Part shown: one piece after another, positions 37,311 through 47,727 of the stretch
Layout: each line of letters begins with the position of its first letter
How positions within the stretch are numbered: the stretch's first letter is position 1
From: an uncultured virus (IMG/VR IMGVR_UViG_3300028561_000005)
Taxonomy: Duplodnaviria > Heunggongvirae > Uroviricota > Caudoviricetes
Strand: one strand, 5' to 3'
Virus record (IMG/VR): IMGVR_UViG_3300028561_000005
Length of the DNA: 64,000 bases
Program-made: the position numbers and the translations under genes
Notes under the pieces: model-generated
What the model was told of the DNA's origin: nothing
Seen by the model: the letters and a program-made list of their open reading frames with translations, nothing else
Databases searched by the model: none

Positions 37311-38426
37311 TTATGCGAGAGCAGATTCAGCTTCGAATTCTACGAGGTTAGCAGCTTCGATATATGACTCTTCACCGATAACACTGTAGAGGTTAGCGAA
37401 GTCGATAGCTTCTTCAACGAATTCGAATCCTTCGTTCTTAGCTGTCTCCTTTGCTTCCTTCTTGTCTGAGCCCTTAGCCTTGTAAGAAACTGCAGCCATG
37501 AATACCTTACGGCCCTGGATAGCAGCCTTCTTAGCAGCAGTGATTCTTGCTGTTGTGAATGTGATAACTTCTAACTGGAACTTAGAAGCAGCAGCAACTG
37601 CGCAACCTGCAGCAGCTTCAGCCTTGTCTCCAGCTTCCTTAGCCTGATCAGACATATTCTTTGATGTAGCCTTTGTTACAGCCTTTTCGATTTCAGAAGC
37701 TTTCTTCTTAGCTGACTTAACGAGGTTGTTAGCAGCAGCTTCTGTTGTCTTGTTGAACTTGATGAATGAAGCTAGGAGGCTCTTTGAGAGTGATTCCTTA
37801 ACCCATCCGTCAACTGTAGCTGTGATTTCAGCTTCTGCAGCAAAGCATGTATCGAAAGCTTCGTCAGCTGACTTGCCTTCCTTAGCTGAAATGTATGCTG
37901 ATGTGAAGCACTTGCTTACCATTTCTGCAGCAACAGCGTCAGCTTCCTTACCGTCACAGTTACCGATGATATCGAGTGTCCACTGAGCCGGAGCAACGCC
38001 TGACATGCGGAAGTACTTGTTTACGTCAAATACTCTTGCCTTAACCTTGCAGCCTGAGAGATCCTTACCGTTAAGAACCTTTGCATACTGCTTGTAAAGC
38101 TTATCGCCGTCTGTAAAGAATGCTGTCATCTTTGCAGTAGCTGTAGCGATGATACCCTTGATCTTTGCAACGAGCTTTTCGAAAATCTTAACGATTGAAT
38201 CCCAGATTCCCTTTAATGTAGCTTCGTTGATAGCTTCACGCTGTTCCCATTCTTCAGAAAGAACAGACTGAATGTCGTTTGTGATTACGCTTACGAAAAG
38301 CGCCTGGTCATTTTCCTTAGCTTCATGAAGAGCTCTAGCACATCCTGAGATGCCACCGTAACTCATATCAGCTTCGATGTCGCTTGCTTCGAGAGCAACG
38401 CATCTATTGATACCAAAAATAGCCAT
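37311..38426 (-). CDS. internal head protein, paralog 1
   Basis: start revised to MAIFG (AAAGGAGG RBS); INE-A then IWDSIVKIFEKLVAKIKGII helix. Confidence 0.6.
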   Translation of the reverse strand: MAIFGINRCVALEASDIEADMSYGGISGCARALHEAKENDQALFVSVITNDIQSVLSEEWEQREAINEATLKGIWDSIVKIFEKLVAKIKGIIATATAKMTAFFTDGDKLYKQYAKVLNGKDLSGCKVKARVFDVNKYFRMSGVAPAQWTLDIIGNCDGKEADAVAAEMVSKCFTSAYISAKEGKSADEAFDTCFAAEAEITATVDGWVKESLSKSLLASFIKFNKTTEAAANNLVKSAKKKASEIEKAVTKATSKNMSDQAKEAGDKAEAAAGCAVAAASKFQLEVITFTTARITAAKKAAIQGRKVFMAAVSYKAKGSDKKEAKETAKNEGFEFVEEAIDFANLYSVIGEESYIEAANLVEFEAESALA

Positions 38427-38499
38427 AATTAGAATTCCTCCTTTAATAAGTATATATTCCATTTCGAAATGTAATATACCCTGAGGTGAGCTCAGGATT

Positions 38500-38511
38500 T
38501 ATCATAATGTT
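38500..38511 (-). promoter_or_regulatory. late-type promoter AACA-N6-TA for paralog array
   Basis: minus strand AACA TTATGA TA. Confidence 0.65.
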
Positions 38512-38531
38512 CTTGAAATACATACTATATG

Positions 38532-39875
38532 TTAAAATAATGCTGATGTAATTGCGTCAGGAGCGGTTGAAACGACGTCGTCTGCCTTAAGTTTCTTGCG
38601 TTCACTTACGAGCGCGTTTGATGCCTGACGTTCTGCTGACTTGTTATCAACAGCAATCTTTTCTGATATTGTACGGAACTTAGCTGCCACAGCAACCTGC
38701 TTTTCAGCAACCTTCTTAGCGTCCTGTCCAGTCTTCACAAGACCGTTACCAGATTCGATATTGTATGCGTTAAGTTCAAGAATATTACTCTGAGCCTCGA
38801 AGTAATCTGAAACCTTAACTCTTGAATAGTAATAAAGGAATACGAGTTCCTTAATGCATGGAATGATAGCAAGAATTGCTATGATAGCTCCGATAGGTGC
38901 CAGAGCTACAAGTGAGCCAGAGAAGTTCTTAACGTTTTCTCTGAGGCATGCTTCGATACACTTATCAACAGCTCCCTTATCACAAGCAGCGTTGAATTTT
39001 TCAAGTGATTCGAATACCATGTGATCTTTTGACTTATTGAGAGCACCTCTGTCAACAACGATATCAAACTTATCAGCTGTTGGGCTCTTAATAAAGTCGA
39101 TGCACATTGAAAGCATGTATGTAGTAGACTGAATTAATGCCAGAACGATTGTGTTGTATATTACCATTGGGAATTCAATGTTGAGATTATAAGAACGAAC
39201 CCAAGATTTTGTTCTTGATTCGATATTGTTCATAGCCTTAACAAGAGTTGTAATCTGTGATGAACCTTCGTTGTAGTGCTTAAGTACTTCAGTCATGAGC
39301 TGAATGCAATCCTTAAGTGAACCGTAGTTCGGAAGCTTTGTGATATCGCCGCGTGTTCTCGGAATTTCACCAAAGTCGATGTCGTCGATTCGGTCGATGA
39401 TTGTTTCGTACAGTCTTGATGTAAGGCTGATACCCATTCTATCCTGTTCAGCTTCGTTCATAGCAAACAGAACCTTTCGAGTTGTGTTGTCTTCGAGGTC
39501 CATGTATTCGTAAATCATTTCATTGAATTCCGGAGTTCTCTCGATGCCTGAAAGGTCAAGCTGGCTGTATGCGGATTCGTTAATCTTGAAGATTGATTTG
39601 TTCTTCTGAGCCTCGGTTTCATCAGCCTTAGCTTTCTTAACGATTGTAGGATCAGCACTGAAGTCCTTAGAGTTGTTAACTTCCGGCTTGATTGAATCGT
39701 ATGTATAGTCATCAAGTAATTTCTTTGTGCCAGTCTTACCAGCATCAGCATCCTTGATGTGTTCGAGTTCTTTATTGGTATACTTGTTACCAGCCTTTTC
39801 TAATTCGTTAGCACCGAAACCAGAAAGACCAGCGTATTCATTAATAGCTGAGCCTGTCTTATTGCTATATATCAT
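38532..39875 (-). CDS. head protein with hydrophobic segment
   Basis: INES/MNEA motifs; SLVALAPIGAIIAILAIIP. Confidence 0.5.
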   Translation of the reverse strand: MIYSNKTGSAINEYAGLSGFGANELEKAGNKYTNKELEHIKDADAGKTGTKKLLDDYTYDSIKPEVNNSKDFSADPTIVKKAKADETEAQKNKSIFKINESAYSQLDLSGIERTPEFNEMIYEYMDLEDNTTRKVLFAMNEAEQDRMGISLTSRLYETIIDRIDDIDFGEIPRTRGDITKLPNYGSLKDCIQLMTEVLKHYNEGSSQITTLVKAMNNIESRTKSWVRSYNLNIEFPMVIYNTIVLALIQSTTYMLSMCIDFIKSPTADKFDIVVDRGALNKSKDHMVFESLEKFNAACDKGAVDKCIEACLRENVKNFSGSLVALAPIGAIIAILAIIPCIKELVFLYYYSRVKVSDYFEAQSNILELNAYNIESGNGLVKTGQDAKKVAEKQVAVAAKFRTISEKIAVDNKSAERQASNALVSERKKLKADDVVSTAPDAITSALF

Positions 39876-39892
39876 AATTCATTCACCTCCAA

Positions 39893-41248
39893 TTATCTCA
39901 TCTTTGACATGAGGTTAACGATCTTCTTGTATGAATCATCCTTTGATTCTCTTTCGAGTCCGCGGAATGACATGGATTCGAATCCGTCATCTGTGCCTGT
40001 GTCGTAGAGGAACTGAGCGATTTCCATAGACTCATCCACAACTGCAATACACATAAGGTTAAAGCTTTCAAGAAGCAGCCTTGCTGTGTTTGTTTTCATG
40101 ATATTGATATTAGCCTGTTTCTGAATGTCTTCAACAACGTTGCTTGAAAGTACAAGAGTTGTGATAGCAGTGCAGTCATTAGCTTTACGCATTAAACGCT
40201 TAGCCTTAGACTTAGCAGCACGTCTTTCAAGAACCTTCCACATCTTGTTTGACTTACCCATAGAACCGAAGCTCTTAGCATCGATCTTAGCCTTGTCAAT
40301 AGCAAGAACGAAATCCTTCATGAATGAGATTTCTGAAGTTGTAGCCTTTACGAGATTGATGAGCCAGTTCTTATCCTGAGCCTTAGATACAAGATGGTTG
40401 ATTACATCCATGTATTCTACCGGATAGAGTTTGCACTTAACACCGATAACCGCTGTTCTTGTGCATACAGGATCACCTGAAGCTGATGTCTGAACAAAGT
40501 TTACAGTCATCATTGTAGGCATGAGTTCATTTGCCTTCTTAATATCAGAAGGGAGAATAAGTTCCTTTGGAACTTCGACTCTCATATTGAGAGGTGTCTT
40601 TTTATATTCTCTGTATTCTTCTGAATCCTTATCAACTGGACGTGGAATTGTGTTTGGAGCGATAGGATCGTTCCATGTACCGGCAGCTTCTGAAACAGTT
40701 GTACCAGCCCAAGTATTTTCAACAATGAAATCCTTGAGAGCACGTCTATTTTCTTCAGAAGCAAGAACTGAAGATGAAAGAGATTCACAGAGAGCTTTCT
40801 GCATAGCATACTGAAGACCAGCATCCTCAAGGTCTACTCCCTTATAGTCTTCGCCAACAATTCTATCAGCAACGCCGATATAATCGTCGAGAGACATATC
40901 GAGTCTTGATGTGTTGTTATGGAACTGACCAAGGAATCCCATAACGTTTCCGTCTGAAGCAGCATTATAGTCTCTTACAGAGAAGAGCATCTGCAGCATT
41001 GAAGCACACTTCTTTTCCTGTGCACTCATGATCATCGTAGCAGTGTTAATGCTAATGTCTGATGAAACAAGGATAGGGAATGTAAGAATAAGGTCCTTTG
41101 TAGCTGAAGAGATAGACTTCATATAAGATGAACTACCACCAGCAGTTACATTCCAGCCTTTGTCTTTGAGTTCTTTAACGTCATCGATGATATCGAAAAT
41201 ATCAGCAAGAATACTTTCGTGGATAACGTCGTAATTTATTTCGTTCAT
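39893..41248 (-). CDS. probable head protein
   Basis: IHES/LCES/VSEA motifs; late promoter; AAGGAGG RBS. Confidence 0.5.
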   Translation of the reverse strand: MNEINYDVIHESILADIFDIIDDVKELKDKGWNVTAGGSSSYMKSISSATKDLILTFPILVSSDISINTATMIMSAQEKKCASMLQMLFSVRDYNAASDGNVMGFLGQFHNNTSRLDMSLDDYIGVADRIVGEDYKGVDLEDAGLQYAMQKALCESLSSSVLASEENRRALKDFIVENTWAGTTVSEAAGTWNDPIAPNTIPRPVDKDSEEYREYKKTPLNMRVEVPKELILPSDIKKANELMPTMMTVNFVQTSASGDPVCTRTAVIGVKCKLYPVEYMDVINHLVSKAQDKNWLINLVKATTSEISFMKDFVLAIDKAKIDAKSFGSMGKSNKMWKVLERRAAKSKAKRLMRKANDCTAITTLVLSSNVVEDIQKQANINIMKTNTARLLLESFNLMCIAVVDESMEIAQFLYDTGTDDGFESMSFRGLERESKDDSYKKIVNLMSKMR

Positions 41249-41275
41249 AGACTTACCTCCTTATGAAATTATCAT

Positions 41276-41287
41276 TATAGATATGTT
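41276..41287 (-). promoter_or_regulatory. late-type promoter AACA-N6-TA
   Basis: minus strand AACA TATCTA TA. Confidence 0.65.
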
Positions 41288-41292
41288 TTCAG

Positions 41293-41327
41293 AAAAAAAA
41301 TAAAAGGGCTCTTTTTAAGAGCCCTTT
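41293..41327 (-). terminator. strong terminator ending early gene
   Basis: AAAGGGCTCTT/AAGAGCCCTTT stem with long U tract on minus strand. Confidence 0.85.
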
Positions 41328-41335
41328 CGAGGGGA

Positions 41336-42223
41336 TTAGTATGCGTAGAAAAGGTTTTCACCGATTGCCGGCGTATAAGTAATTTTTCTTACGAGTCTTG
41401 GGAACTGGGTTTCCGCTCTGAGTTCAGGCTGTGGCAGAACCTTGTATGGGGTATGGTTCCAAAGATCGACTTCGCCATTCAACAGGAAACAACGGTGTGA
41501 TAATTCCATTGAAAGATAACCTTCGATTATGGCATCATAGCATATTTCCGTAGGAGTTGTGCCAGTACGCTGCATAAAGCATGTACAATTGTTCAGGTCG
41601 TAATCCACAATAGCACCGGCAATGTAAAGCGGCATATAATCGTGGAATTTACCTGATAAGAATTCGCTGTTTAATGGACGTTCATTAACATTGTATGGCT
41701 TCATAAGCAATGGTTTATTGAAGTCAACCGGCTTTGGTGGTTCATTAGTTTTGAGACGATGCCAGGTCTCAGCAACCTTATACGCAATACGCTTAATATT
41801 GACCGGGAGATTGAGCTTGAATCCGAAGCTGAACAAATCAGCATTTCTTGCTTCATCTGTGATTGAGAATGACTTAGACACATTCGCATACATGTATTCA
41901 GTGTATACCGCAAGGTCTACACCGAATAAACCTTCTTCGGCTTTACGTTCTTCGAATACTTCTTTGTCCAGCTGGAATATATAATTCCAACCCATGGTTT
42001 CAACGAGAAGTTCGAACACCTTTGGTGTCGATGTGTTCCACATTGTCTTGAGATGTCCTACAGGTTCTTCAAAGTAATCTCTTGGATATCCGAAGAGACT
42101 TCTGTACTTCTTGTAGGCAATTGCAAGTCTTTCGATAAGCAGTTCATAGTCGGCTATTTCTGTCCAGAGTACCACTACTCTAGAATAGTCGGCTATCATT
42201 TCGTTTCTTGTTAATTCGATCAT
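41336..42223 (-). CDS. hypothetical protein (early-type cassette)
   Basis: start revised to MIELT with AAAGGAAGG RBS. Confidence 0.8.
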   Translation of the reverse strand: MIELTRNEMIADYSRVVVLWTEIADYELLIERLAIAYKKYRSLFGYPRDYFEEPVGHLKTMWNTSTPKVFELLVETMGWNYIFQLDKEVFEERKAEEGLFGVDLAVYTEYMYANVSKSFSITDEARNADLFSFGFKLNLPVNIKRIAYKVAETWHRLKTNEPPKPVDFNKPLLMKPYNVNERPLNSEFLSGKFHDYMPLYIAGAIVDYDLNNCTCFMQRTGTTPTEICYDAIIEGYLSMELSHRCFLLNGEVDLWNHTPYKVLPQPELRAETQFPRLVRKITYTPAIGENLFYAY

Positions 42224-42277
42224 GGTTTGTACCTTCCTTTCTATAATGACGGATGCCATTTACACCCGTTCATCGTT

Positions 42278-42285
42278 ATAATATA
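42278..42285 (-). promoter_or_regulatory. early-type promoter TATATTAT
   Basis: minus strand TATATATTATAACG. Confidence 0.6.
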
Positions 42286-42319
42286 TAAATAAAAAGTTGA
42301 TTGAATATGTAATCAGGTT

Positions 42320-42332
42320 AACATTTTGAGTA
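42320..42332 (+). promoter_or_regulatory. late-type promoter AACA-N7-TA for baseplate operon
   Basis: AACA TTTTGAG TA. Confidence 0.6.
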
Positions 42333-42353
42333 ATAACGGAGGGAGTGAATACT

Positions 42354-43400
42354 ATGAGTGATATACAAACAACAACCTCTTCTATGATGAAATTTGCATC
42401 CGGAAGAGAATCTTTTTCTGGTTCAGTTAGTGATTTAAGTGCACCCGGAGAACGTTCATCCAGGTTCAGCGAGTTTACTAACAATGCCATCAAAACTGAA
42501 AATATATTAACAGCTGACGACTTACATAAAGTAAGATTCAACCGTTTTGCTAAGGTGCCGATACTCGACCCTTGGAATCAGGCTGATATGACAAGAGACT
42601 ACGTGTTCTTCACGAAGCCTGACTTGAATATATTTGCTAGTTCGGGATTTATCAATCCGGTATTATCAAATACAGATTACTTCCCGGATATGATGGAAAC
42701 TCATCCTAATTCTCTGAAAGCTTTACAACAGACTTACATATCTGAAGATAACCCATACAACTACTTACTGTCAAACTACGTTTCAGCACCAATAGATTTT
42801 CCAGGTAAATCATCAGAGACTACACAGGGTAACCAGAACTTATACGGAATAAACACATTTTATCAGGACAACAACCGATCTAATGAATATGGATTCGACT
42901 TCAGCGTTGAATTCACTGATACGATGTATCATGACGTTTATACGTTCTTTGAAGCATATCAGGAGTATCGTAACTTACAGTACGAGATAGATTTATTCCC
43001 TCCAAAGGGAGAATATGCTAGAAGTAAGATACGTTACAAATCATTCTCTGTATACAAGATAACGGTTGACTCGGTCAACCGTATTTTATTCTACGGTAAG
43101 CACATTGGAATTGAACCGCTTAATACTGCGACAGATACAATAGATAGTGTAACCAGTGGAGAAGTTCCAAGATTTACTATAAGCTTCAAGGCTTTTCATT
43201 CTGTGGTTAATAAGCCATGGATACTTCAGGAGATTAATACAATTGCAACCAGAGCTGGATTTAGCGACGGTAAAATAATGAACGAGTATGACAAGTCAAC
43301 CGGCACCGCTAACAGAGAATGGCCGGCTGTACCAGTTATCTCCGCAGCAACCGGACAGGACGGAAGAAAAATATACTTATTGAAATGGGGGCGCATCTAA
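42354..43400 (+). CDS. baseplate/tail-tube-like protein
   Basis: YVFFTKPDL, FSVEFTD..VYTFF, GIEP pattern like tube-fold proteins; coupled to wedge gene. Confidence 0.5.
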   Translation: MSDIQTTTSSMMKFASGRESFSGSVSDLSAPGERSSRFSEFTNNAIKTENILTADDLHKVRFNRFAKVPILDPWNQADMTRDYVFFTKPDLNIFASSGFINPVLSNTDYFPDMMETHPNSLKALQQTYISEDNPYNYLLSNYVSAPIDFPGKSSETTQGNQNLYGINTFYQDNNRSNEYGFDFSVEFTDTMYHDVYTFFEAYQEYRNLQYEIDLFPPKGEYARSKIRYKSFSVYKITVDSVNRILFYGKHIGIEPLNTATDTIDSVTSGEVPRFTISFKAFHSVVNKPWILQEINTIATRAGFSDGKIMNEYDKSTGTANREWPAVPVISAATGQDGRKIYLLKWGRI

Positions 43401-46400
43401 TGCTAAACAATGGAAATCTTATATCATCAGATATCTATGATTTAACCGAATTCGTTAAGCAGTTAAAGAAGAAATACATCCCGTTACAGGATGAAGATAC
43501 TCTTTACATATCTACATTCGGTTATATTGGCGATATCGCTGCAAACTTAATGCAGAATTCTGTAATAGCCGCATCTGAATACAGTAACGAAGCTATTCCA
43601 ACTCGTGCAAAGTTTGACCGTAATGTAATTATTCATGCAATGACATTAGGAATTGATAAGGTTCATGCTACACCAGCAACAATGCCGATAGTTCTGTGTA
43701 TTCCTGAATCTTGTGTAGTTCAGAATCTTGGTAATAACAAAACTGGTGAACGTCAGGAAGGTGTGTTCACAATAGACCACACTATCCCATTCACTATTGA
43801 AGGTGTTGAATTCCATCTGGATTATGATATCAATATCACCAGATACAAAAAGGAATACAAACCTACACCAACTACAGGAGACCCAGACAATCTCACATCT
43901 GTAATTTATACAGCAAGATATGATATGTCTGTACCAAACCCGGTATCAGACATTGATAACGAAATACTTCCTACTGTCGGTGTATTCAGATATGCTGATA
44001 TCTTTCAGAACTCTCTGGCAAAGGCAGACAACGTTCTTGTTGTCTATACTAAACTCAGCCAGGTTATGTATCACGAAGAAGAAGTTGTCGTTTCATCAGA
44101 TAATGACTTACTTAATAAAACAATCAGCTTCCAGTTCAGTGACCAGTTAGCATACTTCGACGTTGCCGTATACGAAGCTAATGCTGATACACCTAGAGTT
44201 CTTACTCCAATATATGACGGATTATACAAGGATGGAGTAACTAACTACTGTTACTATAGCTATATGAATTCTAATAGTATTCGTATACGCTTCGACAGAG
44301 ATGTATATCAGCCTAGAATGAACTCTAGAGTTGTTGTTCGTATATATACAACACTTGGTTCTGGTGGTAACTTCAAATACTCCGAAAACGTAAGACTCCA
44401 GTTCCCGTCAACCTCTAAAGCCGATTACAACAGCGTATTTGCTTTAATCCAGCAGAGAGGCGATGGTGCAACCGATGGTCTTGATAGAGCGTCTACAAAG
44501 CAGCTTCAGGAAATCATTCCTAAGGAAATGCTTTCGAGAGGATTTATTACAACTAACACAGACTTACAGAATTATTTCAATTCTTTAAGTACTGAAAACA
44601 GTATTGTCTATGTATTCAGAAAGGAAGACTCATTCCTTAAACGTACATATTATTCATATTCACTTATGAAAGACAACGACGGTAATATTATTCCAACAAA
44701 CACAATCCCGATAGAGATTGAGGGACAGGATGTAAACTCAATAGACGTTTCGTCAATCGGATTCCTTGAAGCTGGTACCACGGTATTCTTACCTGTGACA
44801 CCATCCACAACAGACCAGCCAATTGTTGCATTACCAGTCAATATGAAGAATGCAATGTTTAATCTTCCGGAATATGACGAGAATGACCGAATTACAGGTC
44901 AGATTCTGTTCAGTGATGCAAACTTTAATACATTTGCTTCAAGGTCCATGGCTACAGTAGGTAATGCTATTGTATTAAGAACTATAATCAACCACGACTA
45001 CGAATTATACGAACGCGGTGAACACGAACGCATGCCATCACATCCTATTCCGTTAAACGGTCAGGTTAATAAGTCTGACTTCACTAAGGCTTGGAATGCT
45101 AACAGTTCATTCATATATACAGTACCATATTCAATCGTTGTATCTCAGCCTAGAGGTACATTAGGTATGGTTCGTCCAAGATGTAGCTTTATTGTCGACA
45201 CTATCGACGAAAACAAGTTTACGACATTTGAATGGATTAACGAAAAGTCTACTGTTCAGTTTATTGCTTCTAACGTAAGAGTATCAAGACCATCATTCAT
45301 GTGTCATGACAGATACGTTTATTATCTTGATATTGACCTTACACCTAACCAGAACAAGGCTAATATCGACATCAACAAGATTCAGACTACAGCTGTATTC
45401 AAGATTGACGGGGAAGCTAAGGGATACGTTACCGGATATCATATCGTTGACCTCGATGATGAAGAATCAATACATTTCAGATTCCGTTTTGAAACTGAGC
45501 CTCTTGCTACTGCATGGTACGAGAACAAGTTAAGAGTTTCAAATATCTACACACCAGGTTATACCGATAAGAGCATTGACCCAGTAAAACTCTTCCCTGA
45601 AAAGATTGACGTTGATATCTTCACTATGTATCACTATGCTGCAGAAAGACCTTGCAAGACAATCGGTGAATCATTCGGTGGTGGAGACCTCGAAGCAGGC
45701 GAAATCGCTATGTATCAGCCGGTTACATTTGCATATCCATTCCAGCTTAGAGATACTGACCGTGTTGGACCTGAAGGCAAAGAATACATGAAGTACTTTG
45801 CTAAGGAAAATGACGCTGACCAGTTTACTAACCCACATCCAATCTACACAGAATATGCTACATATAAGAAGTATGCGGACTTCATTGAAGACAATCCGAG
45901 ATGTGTATATGCTATGGGTAACATGGTACTCACAAATAAGTACTCTATCACTAGCGGAATTAATCTGTACTATAACTATTCAGATTATATGGATTCTCAT
46001 GTATCTGTATCAGAGGCTCCTGCTCTTGGTCATTCATACGACTTCACACTGAATCGTATTCCAGTAATCAGAATGGAATATCTTGAATCTGAAGAACGTG
46101 TACAGTTTACTATGAATGAATTACGTAAGGCTATGATTTATGTATCAAACAGCGTAGGAAAACTTGAAACTCTCTTCGGCATAGACTTCAAACTGTTTAA
46201 CTCATATGGTCCATCAAAGACATACAGCATAGAAGACTCTAACGGTTCACTCTATCCGCTCAATCAGGTTAACCTCACACTCAACTTCAGAGCACAGCTT
46301 TACACCGATGCAGATAAGAATATTATTTCACAGATTAAGTCCGACATCAAGTCTTACATTGAAGACATCAAGGAGATTAAGAATATCCATATGCCAAATC

Positions 46401-46612
46401 TTATTTCAGAGATTACTAAGAAGTATGGCGGATATCTTGTATACTTCGAATTCGTTGGCTTCCAGAATGAAATCGGAAAGTACAATGCGTTGTATCAGCA
46501 TATCATCACAAACAAGGATATGGAACAGCTTAAGGAGGTTCCGGAGTTCTTAAATATCAATTTCAACACATTGTCATCAGCCCCAGACATCAACATTGAT
46601 ATAATTGTATAA
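43400..46612 (+). CDS. baseplate wedge protein (T4 gp6-like)
   Basis: NEAIPTRAK..NVIIHA, YTTLGSGGN, GATDGLD..RGFITTNTDL motifs; TAATG overlap. Confidence 0.75.
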   Translation: MLNNGNLISSDIYDLTEFVKQLKKKYIPLQDEDTLYISTFGYIGDIAANLMQNSVIAASEYSNEAIPTRAKFDRNVIIHAMTLGIDKVHATPATMPIVLCIPESCVVQNLGNNKTGERQEGVFTIDHTIPFTIEGVEFHLDYDINITRYKKEYKPTPTTGDPDNLTSVIYTARYDMSVPNPVSDIDNEILPTVGVFRYADIFQNSLAKADNVLVVYTKLSQVMYHEEEVVVSSDNDLLNKTISFQFSDQLAYFDVAVYEANADTPRVLTPIYDGLYKDGVTNYCYYSYMNSNSIRIRFDRDVYQPRMNSRVVVRIYTTLGSGGNFKYSENVRLQFPSTSKADYNSVFALIQQRGDGATDGLDRASTKQLQEIIPKEMLSRGFITTNTDLQNYFNSLSTENSIVYVFRKEDSFLKRTYYSYSLMKDNDGNIIPTNTIPIEIEGQDVNSIDVSSIGFLEAGTTVFLPVTPSTTDQPIVALPVNMKNAMFNLPEYDENDRITGQILFSDANFNTFASRSMATVGNAIVLRTIINHDYELYERGEHERMPSHPIPLNGQVNKSDFTKAWNANSSFIYTVPYSIVVSQPRGTLGMVRPRCSFIVDTIDENKFTTFEWINEKSTVQFIASNVRVSRPSFMCHDRYVYYLDIDLTPNQNKANIDINKIQTTAVFKIDGEAKGYVTGYHIVDLDDEESIHFRFRFETEPLATAWYENKLRVSNIYTPGYTDKSIDPVKLFPEKIDVDIFTMYHYAAERPCKTIGESFGGGDLEAGEIAMYQPVTFAYPFQLRDTDRVGPEGKEYMKYFAKENDADQFTNPHPIYTEYATYKKYADFIEDNPRCVYAMGNMVLTNKYSITSGINLYYNYSDYMDSHVSVSEAPALGHSYDFTLNRIPVIRMEYLESEERVQFTMNELRKAMIYVSNSVGKLETLFGIDFKLFNSYGPSKTYSIEDSNGSLYPLNQVNLTLNFRAQLYTDADKNIISQIKSDIKSYIEDIKEIKNIHMPNLISEITKKYGGYLVYFEFVGFQNEIGKYNALYQHIITNKDMEQLKEVPEFLNINFNTLSSAPDINIDIIV
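46592..46603 (+). promoter_or_regulatory. late-type promoter AACA-N6-TA
   Basis: AACA TTGATA TA before AAAGGAGG. Confidence 0.65.
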
Positions 46613-46626
46613 AAGGAGGTAGTATC

Positions 46627-47718
46627 ATGTACGAACCACTCGAATCTTATAGACAGTATAGAGAATATCAGGATCAGCGTGATGCAGAATATGCCGAAAA
46701 CCAGCAGGCTATCGGGGAAGCAGTCACTACTGAAAGATATGCAGCTTTAAGTGAAGCTTACCATTCACCAGTCGCTACAAAGACAACTTTAAGAGCTCAG
46801 GTTGGTAAGTTCAGAAACGACGTTTACAAGTCTCTCGTTGCAGAGGCTGTATCTATTGTCGCTTCATGTGCCGTTAAGGCAGTTAAGGATTCAGACGCAT
46901 TTGACTACTCAAGAGAATCAGCTATCCTCGGACAGCTTGCAAAGTCATGGGTAGAAGAACAGTCTATGTATGACGTTCAGTCAAAGATGAATTCTACAGT
47001 TATCCTTTCGTCATTTGATTGTGCTTGTAAGAAGTACACAGATATCATTGTAGAAAAGGCTACAAAGAAGATTGACAAGGGTTCCGAGGACAAGAATTAC
47101 ATATTCGAAATCGAAGATGATGACCGTGAAAACTTCTACAAAGAACTTGACGCAGTCAACGCAGATGAACTCGTTTACACAATCCGTAATAGAGTATCAG
47201 ACGCTTCACAGAGCTTCCTTAACGACTATGTAAAGGATAAGCTCGAAATCAAATCAATCATGCAGGACACTAAGAATACGGTTGACGCTCTTAAGTCAAC
47301 ACTTCCTGGTGCTACACCAACAAATGATGCTATGGATGACGGTATCCCATCTGCATCAGAATATGACCCATACACATTCCACAATCCGGAAGAAACAACT
47401 CCGGCTGTAGAAACACCTACAACAGAAAGCGTTGAAGAGTCATATATGAATATTGCAAAACGCAAGATTCATAAGATTATGAACAAGCCTTGTATGTCAA
47501 TATACGAAGCTATGGTTCTCAATCTTTCAACAGCAGCTTATAAGAACAAAGCTCTCACTGAAGAATTCGTTACAGAAAACGCTAAGCTCGACACTGATGC
47601 TGTAAGAACACGTGCTGGTGTTATGTACACATGGCTCGAAACACTCAACACATCAGGACTCGAAAACGTTACTGAAGAATATCTCAAGAATACTCTTGAA
47701 GAAATTAAGAATCTTTGA
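46627..47718 (+). CDS. probable head protein
   Basis: IGEA/LSEA/VEES/IYEA/VTEN motifs; late promoter. Confidence 0.5.
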   Translation: MYEPLESYRQYREYQDQRDAEYAENQQAIGEAVTTERYAALSEAYHSPVATKTTLRAQVGKFRNDVYKSLVAEAVSIVASCAVKAVKDSDAFDYSRESAILGQLAKSWVEEQSMYDVQSKMNSTVILSSFDCACKKYTDIIVEKATKKIDKGSEDKNYIFEIEDDDRENFYKELDAVNADELVYTIRNRVSDASQSFLNDYVKDKLEIKSIMQDTKNTVDALKSTLPGATPTNDAMDDGIPSASEYDPYTFHNPEETTPAVETPTTESVEESYMNIAKRKIHKIMNKPCMSIYEAMVLNLSTAAYKNKALTEEFVTENAKLDTDAVRTRAGVMYTWLETLNTSGLENVTEEYLKNTLEEIKNL

Positions 47719-47727
47719 TCAAAAATA

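Noticed and set aside
43319..43399. Upstream start for the baseplate wedge gene
   Set aside because: Overlaps the previous gene; TAATG coupling at 43400 is more plausible
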